From contig CBFGMX010000001.1 of NCBI GenBank assembly GCA_965649955.1, positions 16,032-80,031 of the forward strand: 64,000 nt of DNA. The letters are read 5' to 3'. The notes beneath the pieces were generated by a model. The model was not told where the DNA came from. It saw only the letters and a list, made by a program, of their open reading frames with translations, and did not search any database. The position numbers and the translations under genes are program-made. The number at the start of each line of letters is the position of its first letter. The first letter of the stretch is position 1. Shown here one piece after another: positions 18,437-27,248 of this stretch. The stretch comes from an uncultured bacterium. Lineage in GTDB: Bacteria > Acidobacteriota > Blastocatellia > Pyrinomonadales > Pyrinomonadaceae.

Positions 18437-19720
18437 ATGAGCTCAGCCGAAACATCGACGATCGACAACGCCGCGACAGTAGTCAAGGAAGACGTCAGCA
18501 GCTATTCGTGGTACGCGCTCGGATTGTTGACGCTCGTCTACGTCTTCAACTATCTCGACCGCACGATCATCTACATCCTCCTGCCGCTGATCAAGAAGGA
18601 GATGGCGTTCTCTGACGTCCAGCTCGCGATGCTCGGCAGCATGTCGTTCGTCATTTTCTTTACTGTCCTCGGGATTCCATTCGGAAGGTTGGCCGATCGC
18701 GCGGTCCGGAAAAACATGATCGCCGTGGGCCTGGCGGTCTGGAGTCTGTTTTCCGGCCTGACAGGATTCGCAACCGGTTTCTGGTCGTTGTTGATCTGTC
18801 GCGTGATGGTCGGTGTCGGCGAGGCGACACTTGGACCAGCGGCGTTGTCGTTGTTGAGCGACTACTTTCCGCCGCGCGTCAGGGCAACGGTGCAGGCGAT
18901 CTACTCTTCCGGCATTGCCGTAGGCGCTGGTCTCGCCTTCTTTCTCGGCGGGTGGTTGGGCCAAAACTACGGCTGGCGCATCGCGTTCTACGCTTTGGGT
19001 TTTCCGGGAATCGCGATTGCCGTGCTGGTCTATCTACTGCGCGAGCGACCGCGAGGCACGACGGAGGTCGCCACCACGAGATACACGTCGAACGACTGGA
19101 AGATTCTCTTCAAGTCTGTGCCGCTGCGTTATCACTATCTCGGTTACGGGTTCTTTGGCCTGGCAGCGAACAACCTGTCGTTCTGGGGCCCAACGTTTCT
19201 CACTCGCGTTTACAAACTCGATTTGTTGACGATCGGATTTTATGGCGGCGTGTTGACGTTGATAGCCGGCGTGCCAGGGACGATTCTCGGTGGTTACCTC
19301 GCTGACAAGTTTCGCCGGTTTGGACGTGGCGGGCGGATGTTGTTCGGGGCGTTGGCCGCGCTGATCGCGGTGCCGTTCTGGTTTATGTTTATATTCTCCG
19401 GGAGCCTTTTGCTGCTGCTGATTGCGAACCTGGTTTTGCTGGCGCTATCGCTGGTGTGGCTCGGACCGGCCGCGGCTGACATTCACGACATTGCAGGTCC
19501 GCAACTGCGTGGTCTGGGAATTGGTGTTTACTTCTTCGCCGTCATCATTGCCTTCGGGATCGGTTCGCTTGTGATCGGCCAGCTTAGTGATTGGTTGGGC
19601 GCCGCCGCCGCACCGCTTAACATGCGATTCTCGATGTTGGTGTGTCCGATCGCATGTCTGGCGGCGGCGCTGAGTCTGTGGCAAGGTCATCGATCCGCCA
19701 ATCGAACCTTGCCTGCCTGA
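18437..19720 (+). CDS. MFS transporter
   Basis: About 12 hydrophobic helices and the MFS loop motif GRLADRAVRKNMI. Starts 6 nt after the MaoC gene. Confidence 0.88.
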   Translation: MSSAETSTIDNAATVVKEDVSSYSWYALGLLTLVYVFNYLDRTIIYILLPLIKKEMAFSDVQLAMLGSMSFVIFFTVLGIPFGRLADRAVRKNMIAVGLAVWSLFSGLTGFATGFWSLLICRVMVGVGEATLGPAALSLLSDYFPPRVRATVQAIYSSGIAVGAGLAFFLGGWLGQNYGWRIAFYALGFPGIAIAVLVYLLRERPRGTTEVATTRYTSNDWKILFKSVPLRYHYLGYGFFGLAANNLSFWGPTFLTRVYKLDLLTIGFYGGVLTLIAGVPGTILGGYLADKFRRFGRGGRMLFGALAALIAVPFWFMFIFSGSLLLLLIANLVLLALSLVWLGPAAADIHDIAGPQLRGLGIGVYFFAVIIAFGIGSLVIGQLSDWLGAAAAPLNMRFSMLVCPIACLAAALSLWQGHRSANRTLPA

Positions 19721-20395
19721 TTACGCTGCGCGAGGCAATCGCTCCGCCACACTCGGCTTCGGTGCGACTGCATGCTTCGTAGAGTTCGCCAGCGCTGCAC
19801 GAATGTCGTACCAGTGAAGCGCAACGTCGGCCAGCGGTACTGATGCGACCAGGCATGTCCAGATGACCGCCTGCACAATCTCCACACCCAACGCCTCCGC
19901 ACCGGTTACTCCGAGGACGAAGCGTCCGCCAATAAATACCAGCGCTACGGCGTAACTCCGTGTGGCCCATTGGCGATGCAGGGCGATCTTTCGTTTGAAG
20001 GCGAAGAAACCTGCGAGCGTAGTCGTACCGATGAGCAGTGCAGCGTCGACTATCGCGAGAATTGTGAATGAACGCGGTGCGCCTCCGCGCTCCTGGAAAT
20101 ATTGAATGTACGCGCCGGTTGGCGCCAGCACGTAAACGCCAAGGACGTAAAGTCGGCCCATCACACGATGCGCCTTGGTGAAACGTTGCCGCAGCCTATT
20201 CGAAAACTGAAACGGGGCGAACAGCAGCACGATGCTGCCGAAAACGGCGTGTGGCAGTAACCACCACTTGAAAGACTCATACCGCTGCCATGCCGGGTGG
20301 TCTGCTTGTACCACGAAGCGTTCGTTGTGCCAGAGGACGTAAACCGTAGCCAGTGTAATCGCGGTAAATACAACGCGTTTCGCGTCAACCTTCAT
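19721..20395 (-). CDS. DUF2306-like integral membrane protein
   Basis: Six predicted helices; pattern LPHAVFGSIVLLFAPFQF...HRVMGRLY. The stop abuts the convergent MFS stop with no spacer. Confidence 0.55.
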   Translation of the reverse strand: MKVDAKRVVFTAITLATVYVLWHNERFVVQADHPAWQRYESFKWWLLPHAVFGSIVLLFAPFQFSNRLRQRFTKAHRVMGRLYVLGVYVLAPTGAYIQYFQERGGAPRSFTILAIVDAALLIGTTTLAGFFAFKRKIALHRQWATRSYAVALVFIGGRFVLGVTGAEALGVEIVQAVIWTCLVASVPLADVALHWYDIRAALANSTKHAVAPKPSVAERLPRAA

Positions 20396-20493
20396 CGAGG
20401 GACTCCTTTTGGCCAGCCATCAAGAGCTAACCTGTTTAATAACGCGAAGTTCAGTTGTGTTTCGGTTCACGTGAGGAGGGATCTTGTAGGATT

Positions 20494-21138
20494 TCAGGTC
20501 CAGCCGCGGAAGCGGGCGTAATCGACGACCTCAGCCCGGCTCTTCAAATCCAGCTTTTGCATGGAGTTGGCTTTATGGGTCTCGACGGTCTTGACGCTGA
20601 TTGAAAGCTCGTTCGCAATCTCTTTGTTCGTGTATCCGTTCGCAACCAGCGACAGCACCTGGATCTCCCGCTGTGACAACGGTTTGCCTTGCGGCTCGCC
20701 TTTAAAAACGCGGTCGTCCAGTGGTGAGTGTGCCAGCGACTCCCGAGAGGCGCGGTCGACGTAGGTGCCACCTTTTGCGACTGTCTGGATGGCATCGATC
20801 AGTTCATCGATCGCCGCTTGTTTGAGGACGTAGCCCGAGGCACCCGCCTTCAAGACCTCGTTCAAGTAAGCGCTCGCACGATGGCCGGTCAACGCAATGA
20901 CTTTTACATTCGGACACAGCTCCCGAATCTTCACGGTTGCTTCAGCGCCGTTGAGTCGCGGCATCGTGATGTCCATGAGTACGATGTCCGGCTCGAGCTC
21001 CTTGGTCTGTTGCCAGGCCGCGACGCCGTTGTCCGCTTCGCCTATGACCTCCATGTTCGGCTGTTCGGCGATCAGTCTTTTTAGTCCGTCACGGAGTATT
21101 CGATGGTCCTCGGCAAGCAGGATTTTTAGTTTTGCCAT
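20494..21138 (-). CDS. NarL/FixJ (LuxR-type HTH) response regulator
   Basis: MAKLKILLAEDHRILRDGL..., receiver Asp in VLMDITMPRLNG, C-terminal LSQREIQVLSLVANGYTNKEIA. The ATG at 21138 is preferred over the upstream extension to 21222. Confidence 0.88.
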   Translation of the reverse strand: MAKLKILLAEDHRILRDGLKRLIAEQPNMEVIGEADNGVAAWQQTKELEPDIVLMDITMPRLNGAEATVKIRELCPNVKVIALTGHRASAYLNEVLKAGASGYVLKQAAIDELIDAIQTVAKGGTYVDRASRESLAHSPLDDRVFKGEPQGKPLSQREIQVLSLVANGYTNKEIANELSISVKTVETHKANSMQKLDLKSRAEVVDYARFRGWT

Positions 21139-21148
21139 ACTCCGCACC

Positions 21149-22558
21149 TCACGACTGAGCGATCGGGATGGTAACGACGATCGTCGTTCCGGCGCCGGAG
21201 TCGATCTTGAATTCGCCGCCAACCATCTGCACGCGCTCCTGCATGCTCATCAGTCCCAATCTTCGGTTCTCGACCGGACTGCTCAGGACCTTCTCGACGT
21301 CAAACCCGACACCGTCGTCTTCGATTGTCACGCGCACCTGTTTGTTATCTCGCTCGAGGATGATACTCACGATTTGTGCGTTTGAGTGTCGCGAAGCGTT
21401 GGTGAGTGCCTCCTGCACGAGTCGATAGATTGCGACTTCAACGTCGAACGGCAGCCGGATGTCCGGATTGCCAAACCCGCTGCTGTTGAAAACAACCTTG
21501 ATTCGCCCGTCGTGTCGCCTGGACCACTCGCGCGCAAAGCTCGACAACGCCGCTTCCAACCCAAGGTCGTCAAGCGTTGTCGGCCGCAACTCCAGCGCGA
21601 GACTGTGCACGTCCAACTCAAATTGTTTCGTAGTCTCCGTCAGGTAAGACAGTTGATTCACGGCCGCGGGAGGAAGATTTGGAACGCGCGCCAACGATTC
21701 AAGCCCCAGCAGCAGTGCGGAAAGATATTGTCCGAGGTTGTCGTGTAACTCGCGAGAGAGATGGCGTCGTTCGTCCTCCTGGGCGGTGATGAGCCGTTGC
21801 AACAAACGCCGGCGTTCTTCGTCGGCACGTTTTCGCTCGCTGATGTCCTGGCCGATGCTCACGCTCGTGCCGTCCGAGAGTCGAGCGACGGCCCACGACG
21901 TGTCGATCATGCGACCATCGCGGGCCTGCGATCTGAAATTGCCCCACTGCGAATTGGCGGCGGCGATCGTGGCCCTGGCGCGGCGGCGATTGATCGGATC
22001 CGGATAAACTTCGTTCAGGATGTCGCCGTTACGTTCCTCCAATTCCGTTAACGTCCAGCCGAACGTGCGTTCCCATTCGCGGTTGACGAGTTTCATTTTT
22101 CCATCGGCGTCGCGGAAAGCGACCATCACCGGGATGTGGTCGAAGATCTTTTGCAGAATCTCCGTCTTTTGTCGCAGCTCCTCCTCGGCTCGTTTTCGTT
22201 TTGTGATGTCGAGCATGATGCCGCTGAGGTAAACGGCGCCACCCGGTTCGATCTTCACGGAGACGATGTCGTGCAACCACACGACACTGCCGTCGGCCGC
22301 GATCATGCGATATTCAAACTCGTGGTCCTCCCGACGTTTGGTGCAGTCGAGACAGAACGCCGCGCACCAATCAGTGTCTGCCGGATGTGTGTGATTGCGC
22401 CAGAAGTTTGGTTCGAGCCACTCGCGGAGCGGATAACCGAGGATGCGTTCCGCCTGTGGACTGACGAATGTGAATTGAAAGGTCTCTCCGTCAGCCTCCC
22501 ACACGATGCCGTCGAGAGAGCTAACCAGTTTCGAATACAACGTCGTCGTCTGCTGCAT
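21149..22558 (-). CDS. PAS/PAC sensor histidine kinase (HisKA_3 type)
   Basis: Multiple PAS modules, H-box RRHLSRELHDNLGQYLSAL, HATPase IEDDGVGF. Ends 10 nt before the cognate regulator. Confidence 0.88.
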   Translation of the reverse strand: MQQTTTLYSKLVSSLDGIVWEADGETFQFTFVSPQAERILGYPLREWLEPNFWRNHTHPADTDWCAAFCLDCTKRREDHEFEYRMIAADGSVVWLHDIVSVKIEPGGAVYLSGIMLDITKRKRAEEELRQKTEILQKIFDHIPVMVAFRDADGKMKLVNREWERTFGWTLTELEERNGDILNEVYPDPINRRRARATIAAANSQWGNFRSQARDGRMIDTSWAVARLSDGTSVSIGQDISERKRADEERRRLLQRLITAQEDERRHLSRELHDNLGQYLSALLLGLESLARVPNLPPAAVNQLSYLTETTKQFELDVHSLALELRPTTLDDLGLEAALSSFAREWSRRHDGRIKVVFNSSGFGNPDIRLPFDVEVAIYRLVQEALTNASRHSNAQIVSIILERDNKQVRVTIEDDGVGFDVEKVLSSPVENRRLGLMSMQERVQMVGGEFKIDSGAGTTIVVTIPIAQS

Positions 22559-22802
22559 ACAGTGTGACTCGAGTAGCGTTAAATCGGGATTTGCGGATTA
22601 TATCGCTAATCTTCACAGCACGCGTTACAACTCAGGGAAAACCCTGATTTCGCCATGCGTAGGGCAGCACTAGAATTTGCACAGAGGTGCGAGATCATTG
22701 GAGACCCGCTGATGCTAGCCGCGCACGGGTGTCATGATTGTGGTTCATCGCCCACTAGAGTGAAGCGAAGCACTCGAGTTTCGCGTGGGGTGAAGGCACG
22801 TG

Positions 22803-22838
22803 AACCATAAAGGCGGGGACAGTGGGAGTTACCCGCCT
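22803..22838 (-). terminator. weak candidate terminator hairpin downstream of the xylB-like gene
   Basis: On the minus strand, GGCGGG-(14 nt)-CCCGCC is followed by TTTATGGTT. The stem is short and the U-run poor. Confidence 0.3.
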
Positions 22839-22879
22839 CTCTCGCACTCTATCTTCATGTGATCCGTGTTTCCGGATCG

Positions 22880-24376
22880 TCAACAGGCTTCAATTGCGGA
22901 AAGTGCGTGAGAAACAGGCCGAAGCGTGGGATAGAGCGATTGGTACTGGCGATACATCTCCGCGTAGCGTGAAACATTCGCGAGGTCAGGGCTGATTCGC
23001 TCACTCACTCGGATCGTTTGCGCGCAGGCGGTGTCGACGTCGGACCATACACCGGCGGCGACGCCCGCTAACAACGCCGCGCCGTAAGCGGCGCCTTCCG
23101 TCGTGTTGACGGTTACCGGTTCGCTATCGAGTACGTCAGCGAGAATCTGTCGCCAAAGCATGCTCTTCGCTCCGCCTCCGGATACGCGTACCTGATGGAC
23201 GTCACGCATTCCCACCTCCAACATCAAGGCGAAGATGTCTTTCAATCCGAACGCGACGCCTTCGAGCACCGCACGCGTCAGATGGCCGCGCGTGTGACGG
23301 TTAGTCAGTCCGATCCACGCACCGCGAGCGAGTGGGTCCGGATGCGGTGTGCGTTCGCCGCACAGGTACGGTAAAAACAAAAGCCCGTCACTTCCGGCGG
23401 GAACGCGAGCCGCTTCAGTTACCAGCTCATCGAAACTCACGTTTGGACACAACGCATCGCGATACCACTGAAGACTACCCGCAGCGCTCAACATCACTCC
23501 CATCAAGTGCCACCGATTCGGTACCGCGTGACAGAACGCATGAAGGCGTCCCTGCGGTTCGATGAGCGGAGTTTCAGTCGCAGCGAATACTACTCCGGAC
23601 GTTCCCATCGTCACTGCGAGAACACCTGGACGAATCGCTCCCACGCCAACCGCCTGTGCGGATTGATCTCCCCCACCCGCGACGACCGGCGTGCCTTCTC
23701 GCAAACCGGTCGCTTCAGCGGCTTCCCGTGTGATGCGCCCGGTAATCTCAGGACCTTCGAAGGTCGGTGGCAACCATGCGCCCGGAATTTCCAGCGCATC
23801 GAGGATTTCGTTGGACCAGTCGCGTTTTTCGAGATCGAAAAGCAATGTTCCCGAGCCGTCGGCTTTGTCCATCGCGTATTCGTGCGTGAGTTTGTAGCGA
23901 AGGTAGTCTTTCGGAAGCAGGACATGCCGGGCGCGATCGTAAACATCGGGTTCGTGGTTACGGACCCAGACAATCTTCGGGGCAGTGAAACCGGTGAGAG
24001 CATCGTTGCCCGAGATTTGGACCAGTCGATCTTTCCCCAGACGTGCGCGGATCTCGTCGCACTCTTCGGCGCAACGCTGATCGTTCCACAGTATCGCGGG
24101 TCGCAGCACTTCGCCGGCATCGTCGAGTAGCACCAGGCCGTGCATTTGACCGGTCAAACCGATCGCTGCGATGTTCTCCGCATCGGCTTCTTTAACAACG
24201 TTCCTGATGCTGGTGATGGCCGCCTGCCACCAATCGTGCGGATCTTGCTCAGACCAGAGCGGTCGCGGAGTTGATAAGTGTAGCGGGGTAGTGGAAGACG
24301 CGACGATCTCGCCGTTATCGTCGATGAGCAGTGCCTTGACGCCGGTTGTAGATGCGTCGATGCCGAGCAGTGTCAT
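22880..24376 (-). CDS. xylB: FGGY-family carbohydrate kinase, xylulokinase-like
   Basis: LLGIDASTTGVKALL, GLTGQMHGLVLLD, ILWNDQR, GGGDQSAQAVG and GGGAKS motifs. Confidence 0.82.
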   Translation of the reverse strand: MTLLGIDASTTGVKALLIDDNGEIVASSTTPLHLSTPRPLWSEQDPHDWWQAAITSIRNVVKEADAENIAAIGLTGQMHGLVLLDDAGEVLRPAILWNDQRCAEECDEIRARLGKDRLVQISGNDALTGFTAPKIVWVRNHEPDVYDRARHVLLPKDYLRYKLTHEYAMDKADGSGTLLFDLEKRDWSNEILDALEIPGAWLPPTFEGPEITGRITREAAEATGLREGTPVVAGGGDQSAQAVGVGAIRPGVLAVTMGTSGVVFAATETPLIEPQGRLHAFCHAVPNRWHLMGVMLSAAGSLQWYRDALCPNVSFDELVTEAARVPAGSDGLLFLPYLCGERTPHPDPLARGAWIGLTNRHTRGHLTRAVLEGVAFGLKDIFALMLEVGMRDVHQVRVSGGGAKSMLWRQILADVLDSEPVTVNTTEGAAYGAALLAGVAAGVWSDVDTACAQTIRVSERISPDLANVSRYAEMYRQYQSLYPTLRPVSHALSAIEAC

Positions 24377-24456
24377 TGTGGTTCGCTAGTTGGCGTTGCA
24401 CTAGGGACTAGGGTCCGCCACAAAACTTGAGTACCGTTTGTGCAAGCCTCCCTAGT

Positions 24457-26022
24457 TTACAGCGACACGGTCTGTTCGGCCCAGAACTGAAACTCGCGGT
24501 GCTTGTGCTCTTCGGCTTTGGCCGGAAGTCCGCTTGCGACCTCGACGATGCGTTCGAACACGCGTTGACCGACCTCGTCGATCGTTTCAGTGCCGTCGAT
24601 CACGCCGCCGGCTGAAAGATCGAGATCGTTCGACATTCGTTCGAACACCGGCGTATTTGAAGCGAGCTTGATCACCGGTGTGATGGCGTTGCCGATCGTG
24701 GTGCCTCGTCCGGTGGTAAAGACAACCACTGTTGCGCCCGCACCGACGAGACCCGGCGTCGATTCCTGGTCGTATCCCGGCCCCTGCATCAGGTTCAAAC
24801 CGCGAGTTTTCGGCGTCTCGGCGTATTCGATTACGCCTTCGACGCGAGTCGTTCCCGCTTTCGCAATCGCGCCCAACGATTTGATCGTGATGTTGAGTAG
24901 TCCACCCGCGACGTTGCCGGGACTCGGATTATTGTTCAGCACGGCGCCGAATTTCGACGCATATTCCTTGTACCAATCGACGAGGCGATAAACTGCTCGG
25001 CCCGTTTCGACGTCCTTCGCACGACCGGCGAGCAGATGTTCGGCGCCACAGAACTCCGGCACTTCCGTTATCAAAACCGTTCCACCCGAACGGACCAGCA
25101 GATCCGCGGCGCGTCCGAGTGAGGGATTTGCCGAGATCCCGGAAAAACCGTCCGAGCCACCGCACTTCACGCCGAGCACGAGCTCGCTGACCGGACACTC
25201 TTCACGCGCGACCTCATTCACCAGCGGCAGCATTTTCTCGACTTCTTTGAGTCCCTGTTGAATCGCGGCCTGTGTGCCGCCCACTTCCTGGATGCCGATC
25301 TTCGCCACCGGTTTGTCGAACGCCTTATCGCGTTTCAGCAGATACCGCTCGACCTGCGCAAGGTTCGTCTTTTCACAACCGAGATCCATCAGGATCACGC
25401 CGCCGACGTTTGGATGGTCCGCGTAGTTTGAAAGCGTGCGCAACATCACGTCGATCGTCGAACCGTCCTGGCAGCCGCAACCCTTGTTGTGCGGAATAGC
25501 AACCACGCCGTCGACGTTTGGATACTTCGCTCGATCGTAGATCGTGAACTCGGCGATCGTCGAAATCTGCATCGCTTCGTGACTCGCACACATGCTCGTC
25601 GGCACGATGAGAACGAAGTTGCGCGTTCCCACTCGACCGTCACGCCGCCGGTAACCCATAAACGTCGCGCGCTGATCGATCGGGAGATAGTCGGGTGCGG
25701 GCGTGTGCAGGTTTTCCGGAAGATCGCGCACGATTGGAACATCGTCAGACATGTTGTCGTGCGTGATCTGTTCGCCTTGTTTGATACCCAGCGAAGTTCC
25801 GATTGGTTGTCCAAACTGGAGCACAAACTCGCCGGCCGGAATATCTTTCGTCGCGAAGCGGTGACCCGGCGGCACTGCAGCGCGAACCTCGATTGACGAT
25901 TCGTCCGGCAGCAAGAGCTCGAGTCCGGGCGACGTTTCTTTCTTGACGACGGCAACATTGTCCGTCGGATCGACGATGATCGCGAACTCGGTTAAGAACG
26001 AAGGCGTTTGAACGCTTGACAT
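24457..26022 (-). CDS. uxaA: altronate dehydratase / UxaA-family hydro-lyase
   Basis: N-terminal SAF-like domain (DNVAVVKKE...PPGHRFATKDIPAGE), then HNKGCGCQ and a GD_AH_C-like C-terminus. Confidence 0.82.
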   Translation of the reverse strand: MSSVQTPSFLTEFAIIVDPTDNVAVVKKETSPGLELLLPDESSIEVRAAVPPGHRFATKDIPAGEFVLQFGQPIGTSLGIKQGEQITHDNMSDDVPIVRDLPENLHTPAPDYLPIDQRATFMGYRRRDGRVGTRNFVLIVPTSMCASHEAMQISTIAEFTIYDRAKYPNVDGVVAIPHNKGCGCQDGSTIDVMLRTLSNYADHPNVGGVILMDLGCEKTNLAQVERYLLKRDKAFDKPVAKIGIQEVGGTQAAIQQGLKEVEKMLPLVNEVAREECPVSELVLGVKCGGSDGFSGISANPSLGRAADLLVRSGGTVLITEVPEFCGAEHLLAGRAKDVETGRAVYRLVDWYKEYASKFGAVLNNNPSPGNVAGGLLNITIKSLGAIAKAGTTRVEGVIEYAETPKTRGLNLMQGPGYDQESTPGLVGAGATVVVFTTGRGTTIGNAITPVIKLASNTPVFERMSNDLDLSAGGVIDGTETIDEVGQRVFERIVEVASGLPAKAEEHKHREFQFWAEQTVSL

Positions 26023-26025
26023 AGC

Positions 26026-26961
26026 TCAGTTTTCTAAAAGGTTCTGCAGTATCAGCGACCGGACGTTTGGATGAACTCGCAACCAGAGTCCGGGGTTTTG
26101 ATCGAATTGTGTTTGCCGCGTCTCTGCGTCGGCGGCGATTTTGGTGTTCAATAAATTTCGGTAACTCTCACGCTTCGCGGGCGCCGTGTCCGCGTCGACG
26201 ATCGATTGCACCACTCTGCGTGCGCCGAGAATCGCGGCCGGACCGAGCGTCAGAATGTGACGCGCCGCGCGGCACTCAGCTTCGTCGGCTTCGGTGACGA
26301 CCGTGCCGCCTGCTTTAAATTTTTTGATGTGGTGCTCGAGAATCGATTCGGAGAGGGGAATTAGCCCGCCGATGTCCGTGTAAGTCGCGCCGGAATTTGG
26401 TTTGATGTAGCACAAGTGAGACGCGCCACCCGCTTCCGGTCCAAGACCCAGGAAGAAGAGATCGATGCCGCCCAGCCATTCGAGGCGCTCGACGTATCCC
26501 GCCAGTTCAGCCTCGAGGTCTTCGGCGTCCGTGCGCATGGAGGTAAAGCTCTGAACTTTGCGAAAGAAGTCCGGCCCGAGCAGTCGTTCGAAATCGCGCA
26601 CGAAACTCAAACCATTGTCCATCCGAAGGGGCGCGAGGGCGTCCTGCGTAAACACGTTGAGGCGACCGAGTAAGTGATCGTATTCGCTGGTTTTGGCCAT
26701 CTCGCCGAGGAGCCGGTGCAAAGCCTGCCCGCCCCGTCCGCCGACGATGACGATTACGAGCGATCCGTCTTTTGCACGGCAGGCGTTCGTAATCTCGTCG
26801 AGCATCGCGCGACCGACTGCCTCTTCTGACGGTTGCACCTGGTACGGCAGGTTGTGGACGGCCAGCGTCGCTAGATATCCCGGGTCGGCAGAGTCGTGGG
26901 AAAGCCAGATATTTCCACCGACCGCCCGACGCCGAATGATTTGTTTGCCAGTCGCCGACAT
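26026..26961 (-). CDS. NagB/6-phosphogluconolactonase-superfamily sugar isomerase/deaminase-like protein
   Basis: IVIVGGRGGQALH and DLFFLGLGPEAGGASHLCYIKP resemble the NagB G-x-G-x-DGH region. The start is set at ATG 26961. The stop lies 3 nt before the uxaA start. Confidence 0.55.
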   Translation of the reverse strand: MSATGKQIIRRRAVGGNIWLSHDSADPGYLATLAVHNLPYQVQPSEEAVGRAMLDEITNACRAKDGSLVIVIVGGRGGQALHRLLGEMAKTSEYDHLLGRLNVFTQDALAPLRMDNGLSFVRDFERLLGPDFFRKVQSFTSMRTDAEDLEAELAGYVERLEWLGGIDLFFLGLGPEAGGASHLCYIKPNSGATYTDIGGLIPLSESILEHHIKKFKAGGTVVTEADEAECRAARHILTLGPAAILGARRVVQSIVDADTAPAKRESYRNLLNTKIAADAETRQTQFDQNPGLWLRVHPNVRSLILQNLLEN

Positions 26962-27137
26962 TTTGGTAATACCAATTCCGATAAGGAAGCAAGACTTTAC
27001 CACGCAGGCCGCGACTACACAAGGAACATTTTCCCTTGAAACGGCCCGTGGAAAGCCCATCTAATCGTAAATCAGAACGCGACTTTTTGTGCTTGACGGC
27101 AGCAGAGGCCCGGTGTTACACAGTATGCGAATTTTCT

Positions 27138-27156
27138 AAAAGTGGTCTAACCTTTT
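27138..27156. promoter_or_regulatory. GntR-type operator candidate (AAAA-GTGGTCTAACC-TTTT)
   Basis: Lies in the divergent promoter region between the NagB-like/uxaA unit and the SDR/exuT/kdgK/eda unit. Shares GTGGT-N3-ACC with the boxes at 34968 and 35205. Confidence 0.4.
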
Positions 27157-27248
27157 CCAATTCGATACGAAAGCAATCCCCGGATTGCACGAGGAACTGA
27201 CGCGTGTGATCTGAGTCACAATTGGGGACAAAGAAAAAGTCCAATCCT

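Noticed and set aside
10361-19720. Calling the operon an OleABCD-type olefin/beta-lactone cluster.
   Set aside because: No OleD-type reductase is present. The ligase carries FAA1/FadD-type motifs rather than anything I can tie to OleC. The thiolase-fold protein lacks the catalytic His and Asn. The resemblance is kept only as a hypothesis to test.
22559-22879. A tRNA, riboswitch or other known RNA gene in the long spacer.
   Set aside because: I could not find a cloverleaf, a GTTCRANYC T-loop with matching stems, or any riboswitch core I recognise. It is reported only as an unassigned structured region.
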